Below, one piece after another: positions 62,050-64,000 of a DNA stretch of 64,000 nucleotides. Within the stretch, counting starts at the first letter, position 1; every line of letters starts with the position of its first letter. Under the pieces are notes generated by a model, which saw only the letters and a program-made list of their open reading frames with translations, had not been told where the DNA came from and searched no databases. The stretch lies in IMG/VR virus record IMGVR_UViG_3300037419_001192, positions 38,691-102,690 of that record; one strand, given 5' to 3'. Source of the DNA: a virus. The translations under genes were made by a program, and so were the position numbers.

Positions 62050-62337
62050 ATGTTCAAACCGGGCGATATCGTAGTGGGCTGCAATTTCCGTCATGACCGT
62101 GATTTGAATGGCATGCCGGGCATGGTGCTGACAGAAGTGCGGCATCGCTGGATGTTCCACTGGGCCACGAAGACGTTTTCCTGCGAGCCCTGTTGCAAGG
62201 TGGTGTGGGCCGACGATACGACCGATAGGATTGCGCTGCGCTTCTTGCGTCCGCATGATCCGACGCCGGATGACTTGCAATGGGCCAGCTACAAGGTGTT
62301 GCAAGTGACGATGCCTATGCCGCTGCTACCTGAGTAG
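62050..62337 (+). CDS. Hypothetical protein (SH3/KOW-like)
   Basis: MFKPGDIV; GGAGG SD. Confidence 0.5.
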   Translation: MFKPGDIVVGCNFRHDRDLNGMPGMVLTEVRHRWMFHWATKTFSCEPCCKVVWADDTTDRIALRFLRPHDPTPDDLQWASYKVLQVTMPMPLLPE

Positions 62338-62379
62338 TTGCTGTTGGGCTATACTTGGGCGACTTTCTGGAGCCGCCCT

Positions 62380-64000
62380 ATGTTCGCCACCGTACTCAAG
62401 TTCAATTCGCATCACGATCCGAAGGATGGCAAGTTCACCACGGCGGATGGTGCCAAGGTATCGGGTGCGGCCCGCAGCAAACTGCACAGCATGTTCGACC
62501 GCATCGGCCAGCCCGATGGCGGCTTTACTTATCAACCGATGACCGGCAGCGAACCGAGCGCGGGCTATGCGTTATCGATCTATCCGGAGAAGTCATTCGC
62601 CAAACCCGCCGATCAATTGAAATTCAAGGATTTGGTTGATTATTACCTGAAGAACCGCGATGTCTTCAGCCAGCCTGACCATTTCATCGGCGCATGGCAT
62701 GACCCGGCCAGCCACAATGTCTTCCTCGATGTCTCGGTAGTAAAGGATTCGGAGGAAGAAGCAACCAAGCTGGCGCTGGCGCATGACCAGATCGCCTATT
62801 TCGACTTGAAGAATTTCAAGTCGATCACTGTCAACCCGGATGCGAAATCGGGTGTATTGAAAGGAAATCATGGACAAACCGAAACTGGTGCTGGCAAAGC
62901 CGACCGATGCGAAGACATTGGAGACACTGGCGCAACTCTACCGGCAACTGACAGGGCGGGAGCCGACGCCGGAAGAATTGGCGGAAGCGGAGCAGTGGAT
63001 CAAAGATCACCCCTTGCAAAGCAAGGATTATGGCAATCAATTGCCAAAGTCCTGAAGTTCAACAAATACCACGACGACCAAGGCCGCTTTACCACCAAGG
63101 ATGGGGCGGTGCAGCCGGGCCACAAAGCCGTGCCCACCGTCAATGCAATGGCACAGGCGCTCGATAAAGTCGGGCCAGATCAATTCGAGCGCATGGTCAC
63201 CGCACACATGCAGCAAGTCCATGGCGATAAACTTTCCCCGAATGACTACGCGCACGAAATCGAGCGGGTTGCCCGGCAGATACTAGGCCGGCAATCGATT
63301 GCCAGAGTCTTGAAGTTCAACAAATGGCACGACCCGCATACCGGGGAATTCACGTTTGCCGACCATGCTGCATTCAAGGATGCATTGAAAGCGATGGGGC
63401 ATAACCCCGACCAGCACCCGAATATCCTGCAAGCCTCGGTGGCCGGCAAAAAGATTTTTGCGAATGGCGAAAGCCTTGGCATCCCGCGTGGCAACATGCC
63501 GCAAATCCCTGCCGAAGACTACCCGGAATTCTTCAAGAGCCTTGGCGTGGCTGTCACGCGGCATGATGTCGATCCGAATACGCTGAAGCCGACGCAAAGC
63601 GAAATCGATGGCTTCAAAACCGCCAAGCTGTATCAGCAAATCAAACACGGCAGCCACAACAAGACCATCCTTGCTTCCAAGGAAGGCTATATCCTCGATG
63701 GGCATCACCACTGGGCAGCGCATGTGGTGCGCTCGATGACGCATCCGGACGATAAGATTTCCGTTGATGTGATCGACATGGATACGAAGTCGCTGCTGGA
63801 GCGGGCGCATGAGTTCGATAAGGCGCATGGCATCGAATCCAAGGACATCACCAAGCATGACTTTGCTGCAATCTTGAAGGAAGACCCATACCATGACCCA
63901 AAAAACGGACAATTCACTACCGCAGCCGGCGCAGGACATAGCGGAAGCAGCGTATCAGGAAATGGCGGCATCGCACTCCGACCGCAGCAACCCGACGCCC
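62380..64000 (+). CDS. Multidomain polyprotein (3'-partial, absent from ORF track), including a ParB/Srx-like domain
   Basis: GGAG SD, ATG 62380, no stop to window end by manual translation; four (V/I)LK-xxxxHD-x2-3-GxFT repeats; LKPTQ..ILDGHHHWAA. Confidence 0.8.
   Translation, partial: MFATVLKFNSHHDPKDGKFTTADGAKVSGAARSKLHSMFDRIGQPDGGFTYQPMTGSEPSAGYALSIYPEKSFAKPADQLKFKDLVDYYLKNRDVFSQPDHFIGAWHDPASHNVFLDVSVVKDSEEEATKLALAHDQIAYFDLKNFKSITVNPDAKSGVLKGNHGQTETGAGKADRCEDIGDTGATLPATDRAGADAGRIGGSGAVDQRSPLAKQGLWQSIAKVLKFNKYHDDQGRFTTKDGAVQPGHKAVPTVNAMAQALDKVGPDQFERMVTAHMQQVHGDKLSPNDYAHEIERVARQILGRQSIARVLKFNKWHDPHTGEFTFADHAAFKDALKAMGHNPDQHPNILQASVAGKKIFANGESLGIPRGNMPQIPAEDYPEFFKSLGVAVTRHDVDPNTLKPTQSEIDGFKTAKLYQQIKHGSHNKTILASKEGYILDGHHHWAAHVVRSMTHPDDKISVDVIDMDTKSLLERAHEFDKAHGIESKDITKHDFAAILKEDPYHDPKNGQFTTAAGAGHSGSSVSGNGGIALRPQQPDA
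62870..63055 (+). CDS. Small gene nested in the +1 frame of the polyprotein linker
   Basis: AAGGA SD; helical 61-aa product (LAQLYRQLTGREPTPEEL). Confidence 0.55.
   Translation: MDKPKLVLAKPTDAKTLETLAQLYRQLTGREPTPEELAEAEQWIKDHPLQSKDYGNQLPKS

Larger units (their letters stand above)
266..63304. repeat. Dispersed 16-bp dyad TGGCAAT-YR-ATTGCCA, at least 43 copies
   Basis: Direct reading of the sequence; coordinates listed in findings. Confidence 0.95.

Noticed and set aside
266-63304. 16-bp dyad as CRISPR repeats or REP/MITE elements
   Set aside because: Copies are kilobases apart with no spacer periodicity, have no conserved flanks or target duplications, and many lie in-frame inside essential genes.
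737-63971. Long minus-strand ORFs (e.g. 5619-7007, 35507-36451, 44673-45593, 63283-63939)
   Set aside because: Antisense shadows of well-supported + strand genes in GC-rich DNA.

Overview
The window is a 64-kb slice of a large tailed dsDNA phage genome. Almost all genes are on the + strand, and I saw no host housekeeping genes, integrase or DNA polymerase. Gene order: tail-tip and fibre genes (1-12.8 kb); lysis (12.8-14.9 kb); a divergent promoter region (15.3 kb); replication, recombination and nucleotide genes (initiator with internal iterons, DnaC-like, DnaB, primase, SSB, SF2 helicase, RecA, Cas4-like, RuvC, MazG; 16-36.7 kb); a ~1.3-kb ORF-free, highly base-paired region (36.7-38.0 kb); an expanded family of small Zn-finger proteins (38.8-43.7 kb); terminase (43.8-46.3 kb); many small accessory genes including DoxX, JAB and ThyX (46-58 kb); and a block of putative capsid-packaged effectors (58.4-64 kb). 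Three observations stand out. (1) At least 43 copies of the 16-bp dyad TGGCAAT-YR-ATTGCCA are spread evenly over the window, inside and between genes, in both orientations. (2) A candidate giant structured ncRNA contains an embedded tRNA-like element. (3) A polyprotein missing from the ORF track has domains separated by a repeated (V/I)LK-FNxxHDxxxGxFT motif and a small gene overprinted in one linker; the same motif heads a RelA/SpoT-like toxin followed by a small gene and an HD hydrolase. All calls come from reading motifs by eye; no searches were run.
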